Shown here in pieces: positions 22,984 to 37,300 of a stretch of 64,000 nucleotides of DNA. Source of the stretch: Fistulifera solaris (lineage: Eukaryota). Position numbers and translations under genes: made by a program. Position 1 is the first letter of the stretch, and every line of letters begins with the position of its first letter. The notes below the pieces were generated by a model. The model saw nothing but the letters and a program-made list of their open reading frames with translations. It did no database searches and had not been told where the DNA came from. The stretch covers positions 248,001 to 312,000 of the forward strand of contig AP026173.1 of assembly GCA_030295235.1 (NCBI GenBank). The letters run 5' to 3'.

Positions 22984-23832
22984 AGTTTCGAATGACGATC
23001 GAGGCGAAGAATCCAAGCGCGCGTTTTGACAGGTTGGGCCCGTCGCACCCCAGCTAAAATATTACCCACCGCTGTACGATCAACTTGTGAGGCATTTTGG
23101 TGATTTAGCTTGAAACAAAACATCGCTTTATCTGTGATTTCATCCTGTCATTTCTAATGTGATGCGAAAAAAAGAAGGCGTTTCGAATCCTGAATTAGTG
23201 AGGTTCACGGAAACTTCATTCGAGCCTCTTCGCTCGCGCTTGTTCAGTAACATCTTAACTAAAAGTATTTAATGACTCGTAATTCTTCACTTGAATGAAT
23301 ATTTAGTTTTATTCGTAGAGACTTCGCTTGGCCTATTTTTTTTGCAGAAAGCCACGAATGAATGAATCTCCCTAGACTTTTTCATCCGAAATTTGCTTGC
23401 GTAATTTTGGCTGTCACAGTCAATCGTGACTAAAATTAGTTTTCCAGTAAGATGACGTCGAATAAGTGTCTGGCTACAGCGGGACAGGCGCACTTTACCG
23501 TCTTTACCGAGTTACTTGAAAATTAGTTTGCCAAGAAACTAAAACTCTCCCATCGTTGTGTTGGCAGTGCTGCAGGAGATTTCCTTTGCATCAAACTCAA
23601 ACAATAAACGAAGGTAAGAAATTCAATGTGCTAGAAAAAAGAGAAAAGAATAGCTGTAGTAGAATCAAAGCAAACAATTTACATGTGCCGGAGCAATTGT
23701 AGGAAGATAGGGAGTGCGATTGTCGAAGACGAATTGAAAGACATTAAACCATCATGCGGTGACGCTTGTTTCAATTCTATTTGCTTGACTCAATCTCACT
23801 CTTCATTATCGCTCATTCTACAGTATTTAAAA

Positions 23833-24380
23833 ATGACAGTCGCCGGAAAGATGCGCCAATTCCAGGTGGTGGGCCGCAAAGCCCCCTCGGAAGAGCACCC
23901 CAACCCCGAAGCGTACCGTATGATTGTGTTTGCGACCAACCCCGTCATCGCCAAGTCGAAATTTTGGTACTACATGCACCAGTTTCACAAGATGAAGAAA
24001 ACCACGGGTGAAATCTTGGACTGTGTAGAAATTTTCGAAAAGAACTCGCGCATCGTCAATAATTATGCCATCTGGCTGCGTTATTCCTCCAACTCGGGCA
24101 CTCACAACATGTACCGTGAATTCCGTGATGTTACCTTGACGGGTGCTGTCAGCCAACTGTACGATGAAATGGCTGGTCGACACCGTACTCGCCCTCGCTC
24201 CATTCAGATCATCCGAACGGGAATTGTGGGTGCCGGTAGTTTGAAACGCGCGAACCCGATGCAGTATGCCAAGAACGCCAAATTCCCTCTTGTTCATCGT
24301 GTGGCATCGGGAAAGCGTGGACAAAGGCATTGAGCGACCGAACATTCAGCACTGTTCGCCCTACTACTTTCTTCAAATAA
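23833..24380 (+). CDS. RPL18A: 60S ribosomal protein L18a (eL20)
   Basis: MRQFQVVGRKAP...AKSKFWYYM...KKTTGEIL...NYAIWLRY.S.SGTHNMYREFRDVTLTGAVSQLYDEMAGRHR; C-terminal RPTTFFK after one frameshift. Confidence 0.95.
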
Positions 24381-24499
24381 ACTATAGGATGAATTATTCC
24401 GGCAACCATCAGCAGCGTGCCTTTCGTTTATCTTGCGTTCTATGTACAGTAGGAACTAAGACAGTTTGAGGCCCATTGCATCTTCCTAGCTTATCATTT

Positions 24500-27400
24500 C
24501 TAGACCCGCAGAAACTCCCAGCGCGTGAGCGATGGCTTCTGCCGAAAGTCCGTGTCCTTCTTTTTGCCTCCGCTAATCTGTTTGATCAAGACTTTCATTC
24601 GTCTCCAGCTAGTGACATCGTCTTTGGCGGCCAGCTCCGAAGCTTGCTTGAGAAAGTCATGTTTCGACTTGTCATTTAACTTTTCAAAAGCATGACCAGA
24701 AAGCAAGCAACCAGGGGAAACTCCTCCGAAACGGGGAACGTCAGGTAGTAGCCGGATCTCCATTGACCATCGGAACAAGAGTATAAAATCGTTTACGGTT
24801 CTTCCCAAGGCTGCATAAAGGCTACTGTAGATTTCCGGACACATTTCTACGACCCAAGGAGGTAAAGTTCCTTCGGCAGCACGGAATAGCCCTGCAGCAA
24901 TGATAGCCATGCCACGATTGAAGGGTAAAGCGTCGGAGAGTCCGGAGCTCGAAGAGGGGTTGATGGGAATAACATCCACGAGCCTCTCTGCAGCCATCTT
25001 CAACATATGCGGGCCTAAATCGAGGAATTTGACGATGAACATTACCATCATAAGACTGTGTGGTCCATCCATACTCATTCCGGGGTCGCGCCGACGCTCC
25101 TCTTCGGTCTTGCCCAGGCTAGACATGAAGATGAAAGTTATTGATGCCACAAAGGTCTCTGCTAACATTGATTCGTCAACCTGCTCACGAGCATTTGAGA
25201 GCTCCAGCATTGAAAACAGCCACGCCTCTAATAAAGCAGGCCGAGGGTCGACAAATGAGAGGGGGTCGGAGCAGGGATGGGCAACGACACTCAGACATGC
25301 TTGTCGGCATTCCTTAAGAACAAACAAACAAGCGGGATTGATCACACCATTTACGACAACAACTTCTCCAACAACGCGGAGAAATATCCCAGCCGGAATG
25401 GAATCTTCTGAGATCACTTCATCCAAGAAAAGGGAACTTCCTGATTCACTTCCTAGTTCACACTGTCTGTGGGCTGCTTCAAGCTCAGCGATAGCGCAAG
25501 CTCGGATCATTTCTGCCAGTCGCGGAGACCCGTGAATTTTCAAAACGATCCGAAAAAGCTGAAGTAGAGCCGCTCGAAGTCTGTTCCACTATTGTAGTTG
25601 ACAGGATGAAGAAGTCGTTAAGGGTGAGCGCATGTAAGCACCGTATCTTCTTAATAAAGAGGTGCGAAAATGTGACTTACCTGCATGATAGCAGGAGATG
25701 GCGATTCCGACGAAGACAGTTGCTGGTAGCCAGTTATGCAGGTCGTTGTCAGACATTCAAGACACGCCGTGACCAATCCATTTGAGGAGGACTTTTCATC
25801 GGCAAATAGATTGAAAAGAATGGCCGGAGAAAAAGCGACGAGGTCAAAGGTGTGTTCGGCTATCTCGAATATCGTTCGTTCGTCGAAGGCCGTACCACTA
25901 TTACACTGGGCAATGGAACGGACGGCATGGTTAAAAAGCTCCTCTAGCACTGAGGCCGCCCCAGCTTGTCCTTTCGATGTAACTTCCATGTCGGAAAGAA
26001 TACCCAGCAGGATGCGCCGAGATGCAGGTGTAACTCCCTTCCCGTACGAAACGCCAACCCCTCGCTCATTTTCTATTGCTTTCAATTGCTGGTGAAGATG
26101 ACAGAGTCGTGGAACAAACGTTTCAGCATGTATAGTAATTATAATGTTCGTCAAAAGTTCGCTCTCTTGTATCAATCGCATCAGTGTCAGGCATCCAACA
26201 TGGTCTTCTCCTCCTGGTCCGCGCATTGTTCCACGAATATCATATTGTGAATGTTTTAGTGTTGACTCTGCAAATAACTCGGGTATGTGCTCGATTGACA
26301 TCATGGACATGTCGAAAATGGCGGAAAGCAATTTCCCGTCTAGGATGTTAATCATGGCCATGCATGATATCATGGGAGAAAGGGACGCAGCAGCAATTGC
26401 CGCCGTCCTGCAGCGTGGCAGAATGTCCTCAAGTCTCGTTCGCGCGTGAAACAAATCAATAACATTGGTGCAAATGTTACAGAGAAAAGAGAATGCGAAT
26501 TCTAGAAGTGGTTGAATGTCGACGTCCCCTCCTTTCTGAACAACAAACTTGGCAACTGCATTTAAAGGCTTTGCGAAAGCAGAGAATGTATGAATGGCGG
26601 TTTCGGGAAGAAGTTCACCAGACTCTTTGGCAACAACGACAGCATGGTGACACGACATAAGAATTTCGATTAGGATCTTTAGTGTGGTGGATATCGGCCC
26701 GTGTATGCTGGCTGAGTCGGATGTCGATCCACTTTCTCCTGAACCTGAAACGGTTCGAACTACATCGCGAATGTCGTTGCGCAGAATTTCCGTATCCTCA
26801 TCGCTTGGTGCTGCTTTGTCGTCGAAATAATTCACCGGATATGAGCATGCACTTGCTAGGCTGATAACACACTGGCCGGTTGTAAGCTATTCGTGTTTTC
26901 TATCTACCATGAGTTGTTCAGTCTTGTCACTTACCTTCGATAGGTGATTTACAACAAAGGCTTCTAACGATTCACTCAAAGGCCCATGAGCTATGATGCT
27001 CTCCAAAAGTGCAGCGTGTAGATTGTGCAGTGGCTCTAATGCGAGAGCCCGCACTGATGAATTAACATGGTTGCAGAGCTCTTGAAACGATTCCGATATA
27101 GCATGAAATAATTCAGTACCATGCGGAGTCTCTCGGTGCAGAAGAATGAATGGTAGACAAGCATTCGCACAAGCTGCTAGACAGCCCAGTGGGCCCTCTC
27201 CGTCTACTTGGTGATAATTTTGTTGCGACAGTACCTCTTTCACTACAGCGTCAAATGAGTTCCATGCCACAGATACCATGGCGCACGCCATTGCTCCTCG
27301 GTGGCGAGTATCCCATTCGGCGTACGCATACATTTCTTCGGTCGAATCTTCCTCTATCTTCGCCTGCTTCTTCTTCTTTGCTCTACCCGAAAGTCGTTTC

Positions 27401-28459
27401 TTCATTGCTTGCTGACAAGGGCCATCGGCGAGTCCCAAATTCTGCGTCACAATCTCATCCACTGTTAACACGGCACTTTCCATGACAGCTAGCCAATACT
27501 TCAAACAGACTTTCGTGTTCCAATAGTTCATCATGATGGAAGCCGTTTGTCGTATAAAGTCTTCCGGTAAGGGTAAATATCGTGCCCATGCTTCTCCGAG
27601 ACGCAGCACCCACAGTTCATCGGATGGTAAGCACTGAAATAGTATCGGTAACTCCACCGTTCGTAGCTCTTGCGCGATCGTCTGAATACATTTAGGATCG
27701 ATGGATAGTTTGTTTCCAGCGGAATTTGTGAAGACGGTTTCTGGTATAGCTATTAGAGTTAGCGAAAAGCCAAGTGAGTTGGATTGTTGCGTAACTCCCG
27801 CAAAAGCGTGTTGAATACAAACAATCACGGAAGTCGAAGGCGAAGTGCCTGTAAATCGAAGACGCAAAGCCGTGGTCGCGAGAATGGACGCCAGAGTCGC
27901 ACACAAAGGATCCGTCGTGTTGTTGTCGGATATTTCGTGATGCAATATGGAAGCGATGGTCAGCATGGTCAATTCTCCTTTGACACGTTCCGAACATTCC
28001 ACGGAGTGATAGTGTTCCATGCATTGCGCCACGGCTGGATGGATCCGTCTCATCCAGTCTCGATAGGCTTCTAGTAAAATAGCCGCCGGAGGCACTCGGT
28101 TGTAACACCATGACCGCATGTTCAAATTCCCAATCCACCGCTTCCGCAATCGGGACACGACGTATTCTGTGCAACAGCGACTGCGCACAAAACAAGCGTT
28201 CCGTGTGCGACACATTCTGCAGCAAAAGCGCGAGACAGGCCAACCATGATGAACCCACGACAAAGTCGGCCGAAGGCAGTGCATCGGAAGGTTGATCTTT
28301 CTGCTGTTGCTGCCAACTGCGAACCTTGCGTCGAGCATTTCGGCTTTGTACAAAGAGACAATAATCATGAGCTTCTTTCGACGGAGTGTTGGTTTGGTAA
28401 AGAGTTGCTAACCCTGCGCGCAAGTCGGGGAGAAATCTAGGGACTGTGGGAAACTCCAT
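24500..28459 (-). CDS. Large helical-repeat protein, probably importin-beta family (transportin-SR/importin-13-like)
   Basis: Multi-exon, about 1200 aa, Leu-rich helical; N-terminal LATLY...EAHDY...SSWLACLALL...ERLFCAQSLLHRIR resembles the IBN_N region. Confidence 0.5.
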
Positions 28460-29196
28460 TCTAAGCCTGAAAGGGCTGAGGGCTCTAGCGCAACAAGAAA
28501 TCGACTTGCAATGATACTGATACAGGTATTGTTTTTTCAGTTTATTGATGGCACTAAAAATAATAAAATAAATCGGTACCGTACCAGTAGTACGCGGTAC
28601 GTTACCCGTACCATTGTGGACACGGTCGACTGACGGACCCATCGTGTACAAATTATCAGTCCCGGAAAATGCACTCTCCTCGCGTTCTCATCCTACCGTA
28701 TCTGCTAGCTAGAACGATGTTGTCTTCGTGATTGTGCTCGAAAACTCGCTAGATTATGTTTTTGTTCGGAGCTCCTTTATTCAACCTGAGTACTGGATGC
28801 AGGTACCCCCAAATAGACTACTATTGCGACATGGCGTTTGGGCGACACTTGAACCCCAGATATCTATAACAATACAAAAATCAGTTCGTTTTATCAAATC
28901 ACTCCATTCCTTATAAACATATGATGAACACCGAATGCATAACATTTCGTACATCGTGTTTTTGCACGCGAAACGTGAGGGAACGACTTTTCTTCGGTTG
29001 GCAGTTCTGTGATTTCACATCTTAACTGCGTAGCGTATGCGTAACATTAGGTCTAATTGAATACTGAATCAGTCGAGGACTGTGTTCGGACGCATAAGCT
29101 GGTCGGTCTACGCGTTTCATAAAAGGTGACATGGCGAGGATCTTAGCATCATAGCACACAATGTTTCGAGCCAACGCGCACCGACTTGGCTTCTCT

Positions 29197-30624
29197 TCAT
29201 ACTTTCTTTTCGAAGACCATCAAACATTCGATGTGTCGCGTTTGGGGGAATAGATCAAACGGTTGAATATAAGTTGTACTATAGCCGGCTTTCAATATCC
29301 CAGCTGCATCTCGTGCTTGTGTGGTGGGATCACACGACATGTAAACGATTCGCTGCGGAGAAAAGGTGTAAAGCTGTTCTAAAAATTCTTCGCTGCAACC
29401 CTTTCTTGGCGGATCTACTACAACAACACTTGTCTCCCGCGGAAAGTCTTGAATAACCTTAAAGATCCCTTCTGCAGACGCGGAAAGAAACTCAACATTG
29501 CTGATACTATTGGCGACAGCGTTCGTTGTGGCTTCCTCAATCGCCAAGTCATTCACTTCAATGCCCACAACACGGTCGAAGTGTTTGGCTGCGGAAAGTG
29601 CAAACAAGCCGCTTCCACAGTAACAGTCTGCTAAATGAGTCATCTGATCGCCCTTGATTGCCTGTGCCACAAGCTCTTGCACCATGATCGGTAGGACGTA
29701 ATAGTTGTTTTGAAAGAAGTTTCCCGCTCGATACGTAAACTTCAACCCATCCACAACAGTTGTCAAAAAGACTCTATGATCGCTTTCAACATAGTCGTCG
29801 TCTAAATTGGCCTGCCGAAACAGAAGCGTCGCACCTTTTTTCTTCGTCGAAGGCTCCGACAATAACTGATCGCGTGCGGCTTGATACGCCGCATTCACAG
29901 CCGGTGTGGCAATGAGACATTCCGTCACATCAATGATTTGTCGCGATGTTTGCTTTTGAAAACCTATCGCCTCAATGTGTTTCTCGTTCTGGACTCCTCG
30001 CTTGCTTTTCGCGGGTTGTTGATAGTGAGGTGTCAGCTTGCTGCGATAGTGCAGTGTTTCATCCGTCCCCAAACAGGGCTGTATTTCTGAATAAGTCACC
30101 CCATATTGCTCCAAAGCTTCTTGAACCAGCCGTGTTTTCCATTCTCTTTGTAAAGAGATGGACATGTGTTGCCATTGACATCCTCCGCAGGCATCTGCAA
30201 TAGGGCACGGAGGGACAGTTCGCTCAGGGCTGGCTTGCAAAATTTCCACCAAGTCTGCTTCACTGTAGTTTGGAAAATTTCGAAATATTTTTACCACCAC
30301 TTTCTCTCCGGGTATAACACCAGGAACCATAATAACCCAGGGTTTCGTTTCGGAGGAATTGGACGAGTGGGAGGATACGTCGGTTCGACCAATCCCCATT
30401 CCGCGATTTGTAAGAGACACGATCTCGAGCTCAATTTCCCGATGATAATGAAATGGAAATGGAACAAAGCGGGCAGGGGACGCGATAGTATCAGTTGTTG
30501 TCGAAAATAGGAACGTCGTTCGCAAGGAGTGACGAGCCAATGAACGTCTGTTGCAAGAAAAAGAGACACAGTATTTCAACATAGCAGTGACAATCATCAC
30601 TTTGCACGCTCGTGATAAGAACAT
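29197..30624 (-). CDS. TrmA/RlmD/TRM2-family RNA (uracil-5)-methyltransferase, probably organelle-targeted
   Basis: TRAM region; CPIADACGGCQWQH; FFQNN; DCYCGSGLF; VDPPRKG; YMSCDPTTQARD; FDLFPQTRHIE. Confidence 0.92.
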   Translation of the reverse strand: MFLSRACKVMIVTAMLKYCVSFSCNRRSLARHSLRTTFLFSTTTDTIASPARFVPFPFHYHREIELEIVSLTNRGMGIGRTDVSSHSSNSSETKPWVIMVPGVIPGEKVVVKIFRNFPNYSEADLVEILQASPERTVPPCPIADACGGCQWQHMSISLQREWKTRLVQEALEQYGVTYSEIQPCLGTDETLHYRSKLTPHYQQPAKSKRGVQNEKHIEAIGFQKQTSRQIIDVTECLIATPAVNAAYQAARDQLLSEPSTKKKGATLLFRQANLDDDYVESDHRVFLTTVVDGLKFTYRAGNFFQNNYYVLPIMVQELVAQAIKGDQMTHLADCYCGSGLFALSAAKHFDRVVGIEVNDLAIEEATTNAVANSISNVEFLSASAEGIFKVIQDFPRETSVVVVDPPRKGCSEEFLEQLYTFSPQRIVYMSCDPTTQARDAAGILKAGYSTTYIQPFDLFPQTRHIECLMVFEKKV

Positions 30625-31298
30625 GTTAGCTGCAATGGCTCGTTATCAAAGACTACTTGCTCAGGATCAACCCAGTGTGGGCATTCTTGGTCATATCGTC
30701 GGCGAAGAATTTGGTTTTGTCGGAAGTGATGGGCGAGACGCGACGACGACGAATGAATGATGGGCTGGTTGGCATGGCGGGGTAGATGGACAGGCGTCAG
30801 AACCCGCAGTATTATATTTCTCATAGTAAGGCGTAGTGGAAAGGGTGAATGATCGAGTCCCGGATGGACTCTATGGCGAACTCCGACGACCTCGTCTTCC
30901 AAGATGATGAAAGCAAAACCATGGGAACGCCGAAACGATTTTTCGGGTCGTAAATTACGAGTCAAAAAAAGCATGTTATTTTACGTGGATCAATAGGTTT
31001 TTCCACTCCTAGCAATGGTACATCAAAAACTTCAAAGATGAAACGACCAACTGGTCTTGCGGACCTGTGGACCTCCTTTTGTGCTATCGTGAGGTCGTCG
31101 CGACTGAAAATAGAACACCGGTAAATGGTAAATGAGCGAGCGAGATTATGCCATCAAAAGCAGACTGAAACTGTTCTAAAAGCCACGAGCCTCGTGAAAC
31201 GGTGTGCGATAACAGATCGCACCTTCGACTTTCAAATGTCTGCATGCAGGCGCGCCGTTACACTCTTTTGAATGTCTGCGCTCGCTTTCTCGGTCATT

Positions 31299-32349
31299 TT
31301 ATGAGAAATTAAGCGGATTTCGACCACACCCGAACGATTTGATAATGTCTACAGAAAGTCGAACGATTTCAATCTCCCCTCGTAACGTTTCTGGGGGCGA
31401 AAGAATGCTCCTTCTCTTCAAGTCATCGACCGTTCGCAACAGCTTTACAACAAAACCTTGAAAAAATGAGTCAACGCGCGGATCGGAGTTTCCTAACAGC
31501 CTTCGATCCAGCTCAAGCTGCATTATCTCTACCGATAACAAGTCCAGCGTTATCTCACTTGCGTTTGGGCGAGCTTGACTGAAGGGCCCTAGGATCCCAT
31601 CTAAAGGATTCAAAAATGGATTGCCGCCGCCCGCTGCTCTCGTACTTTCTTGGTGGCGCGCTACGAGAGCATTCAGGAGCTCCAAGTCTTCGAGAGATGC
31701 CGTGCTTGAGCCTGTTGGGACTCGAGAGGCTGTGTTGTCAGGAGATGCGCCTAGCAGAGAAAGGGGACTTTCGCCAAGAAGCTGATTTTGCAAAGATAGT
31801 AACAACAATTCTTCTGATACCCTTCCTTGAGAAGATTCCTGCTGCCAACGCTGGGCAGAAAGTCCCTGCAATGCCGCCGCCTGAAGAGGGGCAGCAAACC
31901 GTGACGGTAACAGTGGCTCGAGAATCAATCTGCGAGGTGGAGGAGGGTTAATCTGTGCGCCGTGTCGCAATTGCTCTAAATCCCGGATGACTTGACTTGT
32001 GAAGGGATGATTGTTGGGGGGACTGAGCGTGGGCTTCGTGATTTTCGGCAATCGATTTCGCGACATTAATGTACCCCTCTAGTTTGGTATTTTGCTCTCG
32101 AACCAATTGATTCCGGCTTTCCAGATCCGCCTTCCGTGCCGATAGGGTTTTCATCAATTGACTGCGTCTTCTGTACTTGATTCTGGAATAGATGGCATTC
32201 CGTACACGGCGAAAATGCACCTTTTCCGCTTCGGTAGCTGTCTCAGGGTTGAACGCAGCAGAATGGTCCTTGAGCTCTTGCTGGAGGTCTTCCAACTTCG
32301 CCGAATCATCATCTGTCCTATCGTTTGCGTCGATGTGCTGTTCGCTCAT
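31299..32349 (-). CDS. bZIP-like transcription factor
   Basis: Basic region RRVRNAIYSRIKYRRR followed by heptad L/V repeats (L..LESRNQLVREQNTKLE); one frameshift near 32030. Confidence 0.65.
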
Positions 32350-34318
32350 TGTTGTTTCCTTTACTTTCTATAACATTGTTTTTGAAAAGTTAATTGAAAA
32401 GAGCAGCGTATTAGCTGCAGGTTATGCCGGGCACCGTCGTCCGTTGCCCGCCACCTTTGCGCGCCTTTACAGTTTTTACACAACAACAGACGGAAGGCAA
32501 CGACTTGTTTTTTCGCTCCGTCGACCTTATCACCAAGAATTCAGTCGTTTTCGATCGTAGGTCTTGGTTCTTGGTGCTGCTGTACGCTGTATCGTAGACT
32601 CTCTAGAAAGACGTCATTATTGTATTGTATGATTGTATGGCTCCAAGAGTAACAATAACCATTTTTCCGTGTTCTGTGTCAAAGCCTCTGACGCCAAGTT
32701 GCCTACTATGGTAGGTGACGTTTATACGTGCGGCTACCTAGCGCTCGGCCCTTATGCCCACTATTTATTTTCTGTTTCATGAAAGTACGAAAGTATCACG
32801 AAGACCAAGTGACCAAGCGTTCCCCCTTCCCCCATTCCCATTCTCCGTTTGCTTTTGCTCTCTTTAGACTCTAGAGAGAGAAGAGACACTCATCAGATAA
32901 GTGGTCAGTCTGCCGGCGTATGGCGTATGGCGAAAAACAAAAGGTAAAAGGGCAAAGGGCAAAGGGCTCTCTTATTAGAAACTGAATCCTTGTGTTTCTC
33001 CGCGTGGGTAAAGTGTAAAGTACCAGTTACCAGTATTTCATACTCCTTAGTCCTTAGTTTTCGGCTTGTTGGATTTCATAGTGAAAACAAAAAGTATTAC
33101 GCCCTTTTTCATTTCGACCGGGTGGCACGTGCCTGAAAGCTGAAAGCCCAAGATGTTTACTAGATTTATTTGGCGTGGCGCATGCTTTGCGACAGTTTGT
33201 GTTGTGGAACTTAGGGACGGGACAACGGCATGCATCAAGCAGCACGTAATAGCCAGTGACATCCATAATAACCTAAATAAATGTTGTAGTCTCCAAATGC
33301 ACATCGAGCATCGAGCATCGAACAAGGCCGCGGGCCACGGCCACGGCCCTCGGCAACGAACCACGAACAATTCTCATTCCTCCTTCCTCAATCCAGCATC
33401 CAGCTTCGACTTTCGACTTCGCCTTCCTACTTTCGACGCCATTCTCAAAATTCAAAATTCTGATCATGTTGAGTAGGACTATTTCAGAGTTTCTGAGTCG
33501 GAAAGCGGAGTATTTATATTGGCCACGTCTCAGGTGTCACTGTGTTTTGAAGTAGCGAGAAAGGCCTTGCAGCTTTTCGACGGATCAAAGAGTATGCGAC
33601 AGTTTAGGATACACCATCTACATGAGTAAATTTACTCATGCCATCTATCTTATTATGAGAGATGAGAGTAGCTACGGTTACCAGGTAGCAAGACCCATAG
33701 GAGACTCCCTGTTTGCGTGAAGTTATAGGTTATTCGATCATTTCCTCTCATGATTTTGACGTCTCTTCATCACTCTACCTACATTCGTTGAGATTATTCC
33801 GTAATGGGTTGTTACTAGTCTAATCAATTTGCGGGTGTGAATGACTATGTCGCAATGCGCAAGAGATATTATGAACAACTTTCTACGGCTTTCTCGACGA
33901 CGACTCGAACTTCTACTCTTGCTAAGGACGTGCTAAAAGTGCAGCACTTTTGCGGTGATAAGAACGGACCTAAGCCTAATTGTTATCGTAGATACTTTTG
34001 TAGCTAGCTCTCTAGCTGTCTTGGTTTTTCTTGTTTCTTTCCATCCTGTTGTCAACGTCGCGGGGGGAAACGAAAAATACGGAGTACTTCGTACTATTGG
34101 GGCATTGGGGGATTAAGGCGTTGTCTCTCCGGTTCTAACTTAAGATTTTTTCTTTCTTCCGCAGAATGACGTCCGTGCTTGATCCGGGTGCTTTATTCGT
34201 TTCGAATGTGTTATTGTCGAGAACGTAATTCTTTTTCGTTGCATTTCATTCATTCAGGCTTTCTTTCGTACTCAGACCTCCTTGTTTGTATTGTTTCTAT
34301 AAAAAATATAACGCCAAC

Positions 34319-37300
34319 ATGCTGTACTCCGCACCAGCCGTCGAGTCGGAGGAACAAATTCATCGCAAGCGTCTTGCGCAACTCTTGCGTTACATTGCCA
34401 GTATGCATCAAACGCTCGATCAGACAGAAGAAGGTTGTAGTTTCGTGCGAGAATCTCGTGTCACTCCATCCGATTTCTTTCAAAAAGAACAAGAGGGTAT
34501 TTTGTTTTCAATCAACGACTTTCGACAGTTGCTACGACATCGTATGCAGCCTCCGCCGTTTTCGTTTTACGCGGCCGCCTCGAATCGCAAGCGAACGTTC
34601 TCGGGGGCGATGAAAGACAACACCAAAGCCTGTTGGTTGCGATTGACACGACCCTCGGCGGCACCGGAAGAAGGGACATATTATCGTCGATTACCGGCGG
34701 TACAAGAGTATTTGGAAGGTTGGTTGTCGCGGACACCGTCGGTGCAGTCCGTCGAAGAACTCTTGACGTTGAAGCGTTTTGAGAAAGCTCCCAAGCCGTC
34801 TCCGGATCTGGATTCCCGGAGTCTTCGGGATGTGCGAAATTTTTGCGGTATTATCCAGAATTCTTGGTTCACAAAACGCATCAGCAGACTCTGGAGCCCG
34901 CCTACAATCGTCTGTTTGAATGGGTGCAAGAAAATCATTCCTCGGAACTCGTTTGGGGTATCGGACATGCCAAATGGTTCGATGGTTCAATTTGGGTGAA
35001 CGGACCGGTGTTGGAAGTTATGGTAGAAGTCGAGTTGGCACAGGATGGTGCATTGCTGGTTCGACCGAGGGAACACACGGGTGTGGCATTTCATCGTCCC
35101 ATCCTGGTGGCGTTAAATTGTGCCGGTAGCGGCGCCGTGGCGTTGCATCGCACAATTTCCGAGTTGGAACCAACGAGTCTATCTCCGGGACAGCCGGAAA
35201 CGTATATTCCGCTGTTGAAGCGCATTGCGGTGGAATTGTCGTCGGCGGGGCGTTTCTTGCATTCGAGTGTTCGCAACACTCAATTCAGTGACTTGGTGGT
35301 GACCGAGGCTTGGTGCCTGTTTTGTCGATCCAAACCAAGTTCGGTCTGGGCTCGGGACGCTGTATCCTTTGCCGATCAACTTGTTGTCGAGACACCGCAA
35401 CTTCCCTTGGCTACCTGGTCGTTGACGCATGGTCCCAGCGTCTTGGCGCGCGTGCAGCAAGAGCGATTGAACCGGTCAACAGGTAGTGAACGGCAATGGT
35501 GGCCCTGGGGGAAATCATCCGAGGCTGTGAAGTACGACAAACCTCTCTTTCCCTTGCCAACGTCCGAAGCACAGAACCGTATCGCACAGTTACTCTTGGA
35601 TCAGCAGCTACCAGCGGTCATTTGCGAAGGCCCGCCGGGCACGGGAAAAACTCATACTATCGCCAATATCATTTGTGCGTATTTGTGCAAAGGGAAACGC
35701 GTGCTGGTGACATCGAAGAATTCTGCGGCACTAACGGTGCTCCGAGAACGATTGCCCCCGAGTATCCGCGATTTGTCCGTGGATGTGTCCGCGAGTGAGT
35801 CAACAGGAATGCGACAGTTGCAGCGGACCGTCGAACGATTGGCGCAGCGCATCTGTAGTGTGAGCAATGTATTGGAGGAGGAAAAGTGTCGTTATTTAAA
35901 GGTACGTTTGTTTTCTACGAAGGCTACGGAGAATCGTGTCGTGTCGTGTCGTGTCGTACTAATATACTTGCTTTTAACCAGGCGAATATCAGCGATCTTG
36001 ATCAAGAATTGAACAAAATTGATAGTCAGCTTTCGGAGCGAATTGAAAGTGCCAGGCTATTGGTTCAGCAGCAAGAGGGTGCAAAGCTCTTACGAATAGC
36101 ATTAGAGCTACAAGAGAAAGCCCCTTGGATGTCCAAGTCCTTGTCAGAATGGTCGATCCATCAAGTGAATACTTTAAGTGATGGTGTAGCAAAACTCATC
36201 GTCCAGCACGATGATCCTGTGCATCAAGTTAGTGGGTTCGCTATCCCCGTAACATCGTTTTTAATATCTCGTGTTGCTATGATGGCCGGTTCCTCTTGGT
36301 CCTCTGTCAAAAATAAAGCCAGTGGTATTGTCGCATCTTTGCCATTAGTTGGGCAGGGAGTGAAAGATAAACTTGAGGAAGTCGACGACCTCGTGTCTCG
36401 CATTCGTATACGATCAAAAACTCCGGAGACGCCATCAGATTGGGCAGTCGTGCTAAGGGCACTCCGTAGGGCTAATGACGTTTGTGATTTTACCAATTCC
36501 ACTTGGAAGACTTATGAGTCCTCTCGCGGTTGGCCGCATTGGGAATTTCAAGGGCAAAGCAAAGATCTACATACCTTGCATGGACTACTGCAACAGGCAG
36601 CTGAACTTAAACGCCTTGAAAGAAGCTTGAAGTTAGCTGATCGCAGAGAGGCTGCTGTACATGCCAGAAACCAGGATACGAGACGCGGTGCTATAGTCTC
36701 CCGTCTACAAAAGCTTGCAGAAGAACTGGTTGACAGCACTGTTGTCATGGAACTAAACAATTCATTTTCAGTCGATGCACAGAGCGCCCTCATCAAATTT
36801 GCGCAACTTGCTGGAAAGTCCAAGTTCAATAAATCTGCAAACCCTTCCAAAATGACTGCCCGACAGAGACGCCGGCGCCAGGAATATTTAGCAGCCTTTG
36901 ATCAATGCTGCCGTTTCATACCTTGTTGGATTCTCACAACATCGCAGATATGTGATTATCTGCCGGCAGAACCTGGATTATTTGATCTTGTTATATGCGA
37001 CGAAGCTTCACAAGCAGAAGTTGTTACCATCCTTCCTGGGATGCTCCGAGGGAAACAATGGCTGATTGTAGGTGATACAAAACAGGTTAGCCCCACTGAT
37101 TGTTTCGTTTCGGAGGAACAGATGGATCTTTTACGAGTGAGTCTGCCAGAAACACCATTTTCGGAAGCGTTTCTTCCAGGACAATCCTTCTTTGACTTGT
37201 GTGCTACAGCTTTCCCAACCGGGCGGGTAGTACTGAGTGAACACTTTCGATGCGCTCAAGAGATAATATCTTTTCAAATGAGCAGTTTTACGACGGACAT

